From positions 34,410,001 through 34,474,000 of the forward strand of contig OZ024754.1 of NCBI GenBank assembly GCA_964016885.1: 64,000 nucleotides of DNA, in the 5' to 3' direction. Below are positions 1 through 11,326 of this stretch, piece after piece. Below the pieces are notes generated by a model. That model saw only the letters and a list, made by a program, of their open reading frames with translations, had not been told where the DNA came from and ran no database searches. Every line of letters begins with the position of its first letter. Positions within the stretch are counted from its first letter, which is position 1. This stretch comes from Eledone cirrhosa. Lineage: Eukaryota. Position numbers and translations under genes: made by a program.

Positions 1-349
1 GGCTGAGTAGCCCAATTTGCATATCGAGTTGGTTAATCGGCCGGGTGCACCGAAAACGATAAACGGAAAAAATGAAACGAAATTTCATTTCCCAATCTTA
101 GTACGGCTGTTACTTAAATATCAGTATGTACACGTACATACATATATGTATACAGACGTACAGTAGTATGTATATATATATACATACATGCACACATATA
201 TATATATATATATATGTACGTATGGATTCACCAAACATTTATTATAACGCTCGGTGTGTTTGTAAACAAACATCCCGTATTAAGCCGTAGTGTCCAGCAA
301 CCATCGTTGCTTGTTTGTTCAACACTATGAAATTTCGTTTCATTTTTCC

Positions 350-392
<43 letters not shown>

Positions 393-395
<3 letters not shown>

Positions 396-969
396 CTGGT
401 GGTGGAACAGCACAGTAGATAGGGCCATTAGAGACAAAAGACTAGCATGGAAGGCTTGGAAAAAGGGTAGGAGTAGAGAAGGATATACAGCCACTAAGAG
501 AGAAGCTAGATGTCAGGTATACTTAGCACGCAGGGAGGCTGAGAGTAGGAGGTTTGCCAATGTTCTGTGACGAGAAGATCAGAAGCGTGCGGTGTTCCAC
601 ATTGCAGTGTGTCAATGCAAATCAAGATGTTGTTGGAGATAAATGTGTCGGGAATGATGCCGGTGTACTTAATGTCACGAATGATCAGAAAAAGGAGGCC
701 TAGAAATGTCATTATGAGAGACTGATGAATGTGGAGAACGAATGGGAAAGAGAGAAATTACCCTCAGTAGATCCGACAGAGGGACTAGCTATTGAGATTG
801 ATGAATATAGGATCCAAGAGGCGATTAAGGAAAATAAAAATGGTAAGGCTGCTGGACCGTCGGGGTTAGTTGCTGAGATGCTGAAGGCATCAGGGGACAT
901 AGGCACTAAACTGGTTGCACGCATCATCAAGCAGGGAAAAGCGGACGTAAAATGATGATGATGATGATA
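393..969 (+). mobile_element. RTE-clade LINE ORF2 fragment (linker to RT start) fused to the LINE 3' tail
   Basis: Translates, with stops and frameshifts, as TWWWNSTVDRAIRDKRLAWKAWKK...NQDVVGDKCV...HYERLMNVENEW...KNGKAAGPSGLVAEMLKASG. It then jumps to the tail CAAGCAGGGAAAAGCGGACGTAAAA(TGA)n, which is also seen at 45437-45487. Confidence 0.85.
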
Positions 970-2436
970 TATGGAGGGCGGCTCTCCTAGTAGGGTCCTA
1001 AAATGGTCTAGCCATTTCCCCTTCCTATCCTCGGGCCCAGTTCCCTGGATCTGACTCGAACACCTTCTCTTCCTCCCTGTGATCTCGTTGATGATCATCC
1101 AGCTCTCGTTACATCTAGACCTGCCAACCGCTCTCTCCACACTTCTGATCTTCTCTATCAGTGCCTCCTCTCTGGCCTCAGTGTAAGCGGTACAGAGTTC
1201 TGTCCTCATCGCTTGCACATTCTCCTTCCTCTCCTCCGTAGGATCAGCATAGAATTGGTCCTTGGCAGCTTTCAGGTGTTCTCTGGCTGCACACACTTTG
1301 CTTCTGCCACTGCATTGGTGAAGTACCCGTACCTCCTCGTCACACTCTCCTCAGTCCATCCAATCTTTCTCTCCTCTGTCTCTCCACACAGAGCACTGAA
1401 CCTGTTCCTCACTTCCACTGTGAACCTCTCCTGTAGCTTATCATCTTCCTTGAAAGCTCCCCAGTCATAGATTGCTCTCCGGGGCTGAGCTTTGCTCTTT
1501 CTCAAGCTCACCCGGACCTCACTCATAACACGCCAGTGGTCACTACCCAGTGTACTGAAATAGTTGTATTGTTCTGTGTTCAGAACACTATTCCGCCACT
1601 TTTTCCTCTCTAGAATGAAATCAGTCTGGGACTTGGACAGATGCATATCTGAGATGTAGGTCCACATCTTCCCCAGATTCTTCCTAAACCTTAGGTTGGT
1701 CACTATCAAGTTCGCCTCCAGCAGGGTGTCTCTCAGTAGTCTTCCATTTCGGTTGGTGTTGTTATGGAAGTACCAGCAAGGATCTTCACTGGCCTCCTTA
1801 CTCAGATGTGCATTGAAGTCCCCCAGAACAAGCAGGATGTTGTGTGCTTGTGTGGTGTTGACAGTTCTACACACCTCCTCATGGAACTCTTCCGCACTCA
1901 CATCACTGTCTCCCTCGGTTTCCATTGAAGGTCACCCTCAACACTCGCGGGGAGACAGGCATTATTTCCCTCACCAATAGACTGGTTTTTGTGCTGAAAA
2001 CAAAACCCACTCCTCCTACTGCAGCATTGGTCATGTTCTTCACTGCCGATGTAGTGATGAGCTGGCTCATCTTCCCAATCATCACACTCCTCACTGGCTC
2101 ATCGTGTAGGATCCTGTGTTCTTGGATTGCAAGTATCTGCATACCACTCTCCTCGAACAGATGACCCAACTCCTCTCTCTTCTCCAGCGTCCGAATAGTC
2201 CTCACATTCAAAGTGCCCATTTTGATGGCTCTTCTGCAGGACAAAACTACATTTTTTATATTTGTCTCAGAGACAGCTGATCCATCATCCACTGGCCCTC
2301 CCTGTGGTTCTAAGCCAGCAAAGTCATAACGACCAGACTGCTCCTTGACAGTGTAGTTAGGGGCTCTAACCTGAGTGCTGTTTGATAGACTCTCCATATT
2401 TCTTTTCAATGGCTGACAATACCTTACCAGCGCCAC
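970..2436 (-). mobile_element. RTE-like LINE ORF2 N-terminal part with APE endonuclease (frameshifted)
   Basis: ORFs 1903-2436, 1272-1925 and 712-1296 carry APE motifs GTLNVRT, LAIQEHR, GGVGF, VLGDFNAH, NRNGRLL, SQTDFIL and GSDH, followed by the linker W..INEITGR...W.DHFRTLLG. Confidence 0.9.
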
Positions 2437-2607
2437 TCGAATAAGGTAATTATTTAACCCATAAATGGGGCCCTAGCAGGTACTACTACTCCGGACCAGA
2501 GCAGACCTGGGAGTTATGACAACTAAGGGGTAACTCCACATTCCCTACAGCTCATGAACTCCCGAACTAGAGCCTTGCCACTGGATGTAATTTAATGTCA
2601 TACCCAG

Positions 2608-2891
2608 GACAGCTGTATGGGAGCCTCCCAAAAGTCAGCTCAAAAATGACACAGAGGAGACTGAGGTTAGCTGGACATGCTCACCGACATCCAGAGTTGA
2701 CACTGCACTCAGTGCTCCTGTGGGAGCCCCTGCATAGACACACTGGAAGAGGAAGAGCAAGGTTAACGTATGTTGATACCCTAAGGACAGACACTGGTCT
2801 GTTGGAGACGCAGGACATGGCAGCGATAATGAGGGACAGAGACCGCTGGAGAGAACTCGTCCATGCATCTCGGGAATTTTACCCGCCCTAG
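2608..2891 (+). mobile_element. RTE-like LINE ORF2 3' end
   Basis: LYGSLPKVSSKMTQRRLRLAGHAHRHPE...GRGRARLTYVDTLR..MRDRDRWRELV..., ending at a stop followed by (TA)n. It is paralogous to 5886-6138. Confidence 0.88.
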
Positions 2892-2912
2892 ATATATATA
2901 TATATCACATGT

Positions 2913-3668
2913 CCATACCATCACAGTCTTCTCTCCCGCACACTACAACTTATTCCTCTTATACACAGTTTCTTTCTCAACTCATCTATGCTTGGTCGTT
3001 CATGCACATCCAATGGAGCATGCTTGCTTCATTTCTCTCCAGTCGTCGCATATCCTCTGCAGTTGCTGCTCATGTCTCACTACCATGCAGCATTGTGCAT
3101 CTCACACAGGCATCATATAACAGGCCTTTCATATGCAGGGAAAAACCCTTCTTTGTCAACAGAAGAAACAGCTCCCTAAACTTCTTCCAATCCGTCCTTA
3201 TTCTAGATACTATAGTCTCGGAACACCCCCATCCCATGCTAATCTGATCACCTAGGTACCGGAAGCTGTCAACCACTTCTATAGAACTCACCTACATTTG
3301 AAAAATGTGTCTATCACAGCGACTTCTACTGTCAAATTTCCCTGTACATCTACTGCTTCCGTAGTTTTCCCTACCTGTTAGTTTGCCTGCTATCCCACTA
3401 CATCTCTTGTGTATCCAAGATCTGAGTTGTGTACATTTTATAGAATTTATGCCAGTTCTTTTTCTACATATCGAACATGTCCATTTCCCTGATGGAATCA
3501 GAGTTTTGTCCTCTTTTCTACTTATCAACACTTTTGTCTTAGCTATGTTCACTCTCAGTCCTCTTGATTCCAACTCCTGTTTCCAAAGCCAGAATTTATT
3601 CTCTAGATCCTCTACTGATTCTGCTATAAGAACCAGATCATCAGCATAGAGAAGTTCCCCAGGGGCAC
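2913..3668 (-). mobile_element. RTE LINE RT C-terminal fragment with a PHD-like Cys/His insertion
   Basis: ELLYADDLVLIAES...ESRGLRVNIAKTKVL...CSIC...SIKCTQ..WIHKRCSG...VDSFRYLGD...WKKFREL...YDACVRCTMLHGSET. Confidence 0.88.
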
Positions 3669-3829
3669 AAACCCCTCGCTGAAAAGTTTTTCCCTTCGAT
3701 TTATATGAAATTTAAACCATAGGTAAATGACAAGATATGATGCCTATTCACAAACTTTCAGCAAATTTCAATAATATTAAGACACCTTAATGGGGGTTAA
3801 ACTCCCTCTAGTGAAAATTTTGGCCAATA

Positions 3830-4635
<806 letters not shown>

Positions 4636-5146
4636 CACGCACACATATATATATTTAATAGAGAAGAGCCGCCTTCACATGTGGATAAGCTGAATCATAC
4701 ATACAGTATTCACCTGCACCCCCCTCGGATACACCTCTCATGAGCACAGGCTGAAGCATTCATCTGGTATGCACCTTCACCTTCATCCCCCCTTCCATAC
4801 AGCTTCCACGTCCTAACACTCTGCTTCTCACACATGCTCATATACCAACCTTCCTAATCCCCACACACCCTTTCCACCATAGCCCCCACCTCACAATGTA
4901 AAGTGGTCGTGTAGGTGGCACCACACAAAGCTCTCAGTACTTTACTGTAGATGTGGCTGGCGTTAGGAAGGGCATCCAGCCGAAGAAACCAAGCCAAAAT
5001 CAGTTCTGTATGAGTAAGACATGGTCATCTGACATCTACTTGCCTCAAATAGGATAACCCATCTAACCCATGCTAGCATGAAAAATAGACGTTAAATGGT
5101 GGTGGTGATGATGATTATATATATATATATATGTGTGTGTGTGTCT

Positions 5147-5888
5147 GTGTAAAACTATCGAGCTGACTTTTGGGAGGCTCCCGTACAGCTCTAAATTCTT
5201 CATCCTCAGCGTATACTGATTAATGTTCAGAGCTATCCTCAGCATTCTCATGTACCACCCATCCACCATCTGAGCGAGTTTCTTGGTCAGTGTCCAAGTT
5301 TCAGACCTGTACATCAGCACAGACTCCACTGTAGCAATGAAGAGACGGATCTTCAGGTCTTTGCAAAGGGCTGACTTCCACACCAATTTCAAACCGTGGC
5401 ACGCCACCCAGGCTTTGCTCTTCCTCTTAACCAGTCTTTGCTCCCAGATACAGGAAGTCCTCAACCAACTCTAGTGGCTTCCCGCCTGGCTTCTTAATGT
5501 TCTCTACCAGATACTTTGTCTTAATCTCATTCATTCTCAGCCCCACACTCATCGACACAGTCTCCATCTCCTGCATCAACTCCTCTGCCTCCTTCACCGT
5601 GTTTGTCACCAGAACTATGTCGTCAGCAAATTCAGCATCTGAATTCTTTTTCGCCTTAACTCTCCAGCTCTGAGCCAGTACTACAATAAAGACAGAGTCT
5701 TGGTGTTTTTCCAGCAATGTGCCTTGGCACATACAATAGTCCACTGCGATGATAAAAAGGTAGGGAGCCAATGTATCTCCCTGGAGCACTCCAGCCAGTA
5801 TCTCAAAGAACTCCGTCATCCCATCAGGTGTAATGACTTGGGCTGTGATGTTAGTGTAGAGCAGTGACATCAGGTCCACTATCTTCTC
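5147..5888 (-). mobile_element. RTE-like LINE RT segment (inverted 5' part)
   Basis: GVLQGDTLAPYLFII, EFADDIVL, VGLRMNEIKT, DFLYLG, LKIRLFIATVESVLMY.SETWTL, ending at LYGSLPKVSS. Confidence 0.9.
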
Positions 5889-6138
5889 GAAAGTAACACA
5901 GAGGAGACTGAGGTTAGCTGGACGCTCACCGACATTCAGAGTTGCCACTGCACTCGGTGCTCCTGCGGGAGCCCCTTCACAGACACACTAGAAGAGGGAG
6001 ACCGAGGTTGACATATGTTGATCCCCTAACGACGGCAGACACAGGTCTCTTGGAAACGCAGGACATGGCGGCGATGATGAGTGTCAGAGATTGCTGGAGA
6101 GAACTCGTCCATGGATCTCAGGAATTTTACCCACCCTA
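5886..6138 (+). mobile_element. RTE-like LINE 3' end (sense part of the same insertion)
   Basis: TQRRLRLAG...RGRPRLTYVD...RDCWRELV..EFYPP followed by (TA)n. It resumes where the inverted segment stops. Confidence 0.88.
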
Positions 6139-6496
6139 TATATATATTAATAATTATTAATAATGGTATATCGTGAAATGGCCATACTCAAAGGAGCAGC
6201 CATCATCATCATATTAATGGTAATGTTTTATATAGATTAATACAAATAAAATGTCAAAGATTAAGTGAATGAGCTCGCAATACGTGTGTCAGAATATAGA
6301 TATTATTTTACAAAGAAAAAGATGGTAGTAACTTCGAAATTTTGATTTAAATGCTGGACGTTTGGCAAGTAATATATTTGCCAGAAGCAACAGCCAGTGC
6401 CTGCCTTTACCTCCCTTCTACAACCGTTATACCACATGATAATTCTCCCTACAAGAATTGTTGGCTTGTAGCAGTCAGTTCAAGAATAATAATAAT

Positions 6497-6675
6497 AATT
6501 GTTTCTACTTTAGGCACAAGGCCAGCAATTACCCAGTGCATTACTGGTACTTTATTTTATCGACCCCCGTAAGGATGAAAGGCAAAGTCAACCTCGGCGG
6601 GATTTGAACTCGTAAAGGGACGTAACTATGCTGGAAAGCATGGCATCCGACCCTCTACCGATACTGCCAATCCAA
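6497..6675 (-). mobile_element. tRNA-derived SINE (family A, Meta-like core)
   Basis: Reverse complement of the ~190-bp unit with A-box TGGCAGTATCGGT, B-box GAGTTCAAATCC, core GCCTTTCATCCTTACGGGGTCGATAAAATAAAGTACCAG and an (ATT)n tail. Confidence 0.85.
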
Positions 6676-6708
<33 letters not shown>

Positions 6709-7091
6709 AATTATTGTGTAAAGTGCTCAGGTGCACTACAACTCGTCAAAGGTGCATGTATAGTACATAGAATAATATACAAATGTCAGGGAAGTGAATA
6801 GTGTATGAGTCTCTTAAAAAGCCAATAGTCTCATGGCTCTGGTGCATTTCAGTTACACTCTGGCTGCATACTGGTCAGTGAAACTACAGTCAGGACTTTC
6901 AAGAAAAAGTTAGGTATATTTTATCTATTTTCTCTTCACATTTATAATTGTTATATAACTCTGATTAATTGATTATATTCTTTTAATTCTTTCAGTCATT
7001 GAGCAAAACTGGTAAAGGCAGTACACCACATATGTGTATAATTATGTATCTATATATGTGTGCATCTTATTATTTTATATATATATATCAA

Positions 7092-7221
7092 GTTTAATAT
7101 AGAAATGGCTTCTACATGAGTAAAACTGTTTCCTTCAAAAGAAATCATCAGCAAAGCTTTCCCGATGAAGTCTCTTGAATGAAATAGATCTAGTCCTGTA
7201 GAAGCCATTTCTGTATTAAAC
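7092..7221. repeat. Short palindromic element with degenerate outward-facing hammerhead-like cores
   Basis: Terminal inverted repeats GTTTAATATAGAAATGGCTTCTACA / TGTAGAAGCCATTTCTGTATTAAAC. A related copy lies at 34903-34987. Confidence 0.7.
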
Positions 7222-9231
7222 ATGATGTTTACACTCTACTAATGTATTGAGTACTTTACTAACTGTGGTTATCTGCAATTGAACCTGGGACTCACACTTA
7301 TGTGTGTGTTTGTCTGTGTGTAAGTGGACCAGTGCCATCAATGACAGCAATAACATTAAATGTATATAATTTTTGAAGTCCAGGACTGATATACCATATA
7401 TACCAGGATTACCAAATATATGAACAATCACACAAACTGGGAAATTTAAGTTTTGGCAAGTTTATGGTTTGCATAAGAGAAACCCTATAGTTTATGTTGG
7501 AACTGATTAAAGATACAAATATCATATGAATAATTTATTTCTATGACACAATTAGATAAATGTTCAGCGTGTATGTACAAATGGCATACAGGATTCAATG
7601 TATGAGTAATTTTTGACAAATAACTACTTATAGGGTTAAAATCCAGGATCTTGTGGTCAGAAAGTGAATATCATGAATCAGATAGGAAGTGCATTGTGTG
7701 TAGGTGTGTATAAATTTAAAGTATTTAGACAGATATATTGAAATAAATATACAAACACATAGGGCATATTATTATGGTTGATATATATGTAATTCATGAT
7801 TTATGCCAAAGTTTATGGTACTAATAGTTTCATAGACTAATCTGTTGATGGCACCCATCTTCTCTAAATATTTAACTATATAGAAATTTGTGAGTCTGGA
7901 GTAGATGTACTCCTCAGCTGTTGCTTTTTTTTAGGGCTCAACTGATGATAACAATGTTGCTGTTTGTATGTGTGCACACACACACACATGCAATTACACA
8001 CATAAGCATGACCAAGTCTAATTGCATAGTTGTCAGCTGGTGGCTATTTTTGATGTTAGCTTCATAATTTCTGTTATTACACATTTACATATAAGTGTTC
8101 CAGTGTGTCTGTCTATCAGTTTGTGTGTGTGTGTGTGTGTGTCTGCCTGTCTGTCTGTCTGATTTATGCACAATAGTCTATATATGCTATTATATGTTCT
8201 GAGTTCAAATTCCACCGAGGTGAACTTTACCTTTCATCCAACTAGGGTTGATAAAATAAAGTACCAGTCACATACTGGCCTTGATTTAATAGACTTTCCC
8301 CTCCCATCAAAACTGCTTGATTTGTGACCAAATAAGAAAATCTCATATAGCTCTGTGTTAGTTTCTTTATTTCTCAGCATATGTGAATGCAATGTGCATG
8401 TATGATAAGATTACACTGGTATATGTTGTTGTTTTTTCTTTGTCACACACACACAGGTCATACACTCCCTACCACCACCACCACCTCACTTTGGCTGTCT
8501 GAATGACTGGGATTTTTTTTCTTTTGTTAATTACCAGGTTCCAGCAAAGACTAGTCATAGCTTACTATGGCAAACACTTTTACTGCTGTCTCCCCTCTCA
8601 CTCATACTCATACACACACACATACACACTCTTACACACACACCAACACTCACAGGTTTCAACTCTGTTAATAAAAGATAAATAACATGAATCTAATTCA
8701 ATGAAAGACTTGGTGAAGGTGTATGGCGTAGTGATTAGGGCTTAAGATCAGGGTTCAATTTGTGGGCCAGTGGGTGCATTGTGTACTTGAGTAAGTCATT
8801 TTATTTCATGTTACTTTTCATGATAGGACCAAGAAACCTCCTATAAGATACAATCTTGTATGAGGCCAGCCAGCTAAACCTATATAGATGTGAGCTGTAA
8901 CAACATAGATAGGACTGCAGCCCCTATCATTAAAAGACCCAAGAAACCTCCTATGAGACACAACCTTGTATGAGGCCAGCTAAACCTACAAAGATGTGCG
9001 CTATAAATTCAATTTTATTTCAATCAACTACTTCATCTGTTGTTTCTTACTAATTAAGTTTAGTGAAACCAACAGGTAGGTAGGTGGGTTGCTGGACGAA
9101 GAGATAAAACTTATTTTACAACCAGATAGGATTGATGATATTTCATTCTCTCTCTCAGACCTATTATTTTTCTCTAAAACATTTTTTTCCAATTCCACCC
9201 CGCCCGTCCCTTCAATCTTTCTAATTTCTCA

Positions 9232-9275
9232 TTCTTTCTTCTGATGAAGGACTAGCGTCCGAAACGTTAAGAGAC
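9232..9275 (+). ncRNA. Candidate minimal type I hammerhead ribozyme in a Penelope pLTR-like remnant
   Basis: TTTCTT-CTGATGA-A-GGAC(TAGC)GTCC-GAAA-CGT-T-AAGAGA shows the core boxes, stem II, palindromic AACGTT at stem III, and stem I TTTCTT/AAGAGA. The element ends in (TA)n at about 9367. Confidence 0.65.
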
Positions 9276-9356
9276 TTTTCCTGCTATTTCAAGCGTTAAC
9301 CTAGTATATTCCTTCCATATACTGTACCGATTGTGTTGTTATTTCTGTTTACCTTT

Positions 9357-9430
<74 letters not shown>

Positions 9431-9454
9431 AAGAGTTGTGGCATATAGTTATGA

Positions 9455-10165
9455 TCCTTTACGTTCTGAGTTCAAATCCTGCTGAGGTTAGCTTTACCTG
9501 TCATCCTTATGGGGGTCGATAAAATAAAATACCAGTAATGCACTGGGATCGATTTCCCCACCACCCAAAATTGTTGGCTTTGTACCTAAATTAGAAACCA
9601 TTATTATTATTATTAAATTAGGGGCGGTGGATTGGCAGTATCAGTAGAGGGTCGGACGCCATGCTTTCCAGCATAGTTACGTCCCTTTACGATCTGAGTT
9701 CAAATCCCGCCGAGGTTGACTTTGCCTTTCATATTTACGGGGTCGATAAAATAAAGTACCGGTAATGCACTGGGTAATTGCTGGCCTTGTGCCAAAAGTA
9801 GAAACCATTATTATTATTATTAAATTAGGGGCGGTGGATTGGCAGTATCGGTAGAGGGTCGGACGCCATGCTTTCCAGCATAGTTACGTCCCTTTACGAT
9901 CTGAGTTCAAATCCCGCCAAGGTTGACTTTGCCTTTCATATTTACGGGGTCGATAAAATAAAGTACCGGTAATGCACTGGGTATTTGCTGGCCTTGTGCC
10001 TAAAGTAGAAACAATTATTATACACGGCCCTTTATGGTCTGAGTTCAGATCCCGCCGAGGTTGACTTTGCCTTTCATCCTTACGGGGTCGATAAAATAAA
10101 GTACCGGTAATGCACTGGGTAATTGCTGGCCTTGTACCTAAACTAGAAACAATTATTATTATTAT
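9455..10165 (+). mobile_element. Head-to-tail cluster of four family-A SINE copies
   Basis: Copies at about 9455-9600, 9620-9810, 9827-10020 and 10025-10165, each following the (ATT)n tail of the previous one. Confidence 0.88.
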
Positions 10166-10236
10166 TAAATCTACCTGGTTTAAGCCTATATATTTTATGA
10201 TAATGTTTACACTCTACCTTCCTTAAAGTATAAGAA

Positions 10237-10334
10237 TACTAAGTTAAGTAATAGTCTAGCTGAAGTTTGTACTAAGTTAAGTAATAGTCTAGCTGAAGTT
10301 TATACTAAGTTAAGTAATAGTCTAGCTGAAGTTT
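10237..10334. repeat. 33-bp tandem repeat, 3 copies
   Basis: ACTAAGTTAAGTAATAGTCTAGCTGAAGTTT.. starts at 10238, 10271 and 10304. Confidence 0.9.
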
Positions 10335-10352
10335 CAATTAGGAACATCTTAT

Positions 10353-11326
10353 AGAGAGAGATTAGTACTTATACAAAGAGAGTGGAGAGCAAAATTACTA
10401 CTTATACATAGAGAGTTGGAGCGAGAGAGATTAGTACTTTACTGAGAGAGTGGGAGAGAGAGATTAGTAGGTATACAGAGAGAGGGAAGGGAGAGATTAG
10501 TACTCTACTGAGAGAGTGGGAGAGAGAGATTAGTAGGTATACAGAGAGATGGAAAGGAGAGATTAGTACTCTACTGAGAGAGTGGGAGAGAGAGATTAGT
10601 AGGTATACAGAGAGAGGGAAGAGAGAGATTAGTAGGTATTCAGAGAGAGGGAAGGGAGAGATTAGTACTCTACTGAGAGAGTGGGACAGAGAGATTAGTA
10701 GGTATACAGAGAGAGGGAAGGGAGAGATTACTACTTTACTGAGAGAGTGGGAGAGAGAGATTAGTAGGTATACAGAGAGAGGGAAGGGAGAGATTAGTAC
10801 TCTACTGAGAGAGTGGGAGAGAGAGATTAGTAGGTATACAGAGAGAGGGAAGGGAGAGATTAGTACTCTACTGAGAGAGTGGAAGAGAGAGATTAGTAGT
10901 TATACAGAGAGAGGGAAGGGAGAGATTAGTACTCTACTGAGAGAGTGGGAGAGAGAGATTAGTAGGTATACAGAGAGAGGGAAGGGAGAGATTAGTACTC
11001 TACTGAGAGAGTGGAAGAGAGAGATTAGTAGTTATACAGAGAGAGGGAAGGGAGAGATTAGTACTCTACTGAGAGAGTGGGAGAGAGAGATTAGTAGGTA
11101 TACAGAGAGAGGGAAGGGAGAGATTAGTACTCTACTGAGAGAGTGGGACAGAGAGATTAGTAGGTATACAGAGAGAGGGAAGGGAGAGATTAGTACTCTA
11201 CTGAGAGAGTGGGAGAGAGAGATTAGTAGGTATACAGAGAGAGGGAAGGGAGAGATTAATACTCTATTGAGAGAGTGGGAGAGAGAGATTAGTAGTTATA
11301 CAGAGAGAGGGAAGGGAGAGATTAGT
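10353..11326. repeat. Purine-rich 66-bp dimeric minisatellite (33+33)
   Basis: Alternating units ATTAGTACTCTACTGAGAGAGTGGGAGAGAGAG and ATTAGTAGGTATACAGAGAGAGGGAAGGGAGAG. Confidence 0.92.

Noticed and set aside
6853-7011. Possible plus-strand exons around an 82-nt GT-AG interval as XRCC3 exon 1
   Set aside because: There is no in-frame ATG and no convincing similarity to the XRCC3 N-terminus.
9620-9720. tRNA gene suggested by A/B boxes
   Set aside because: It is the head of a multicopy SINE, and no cloverleaf could be formed.
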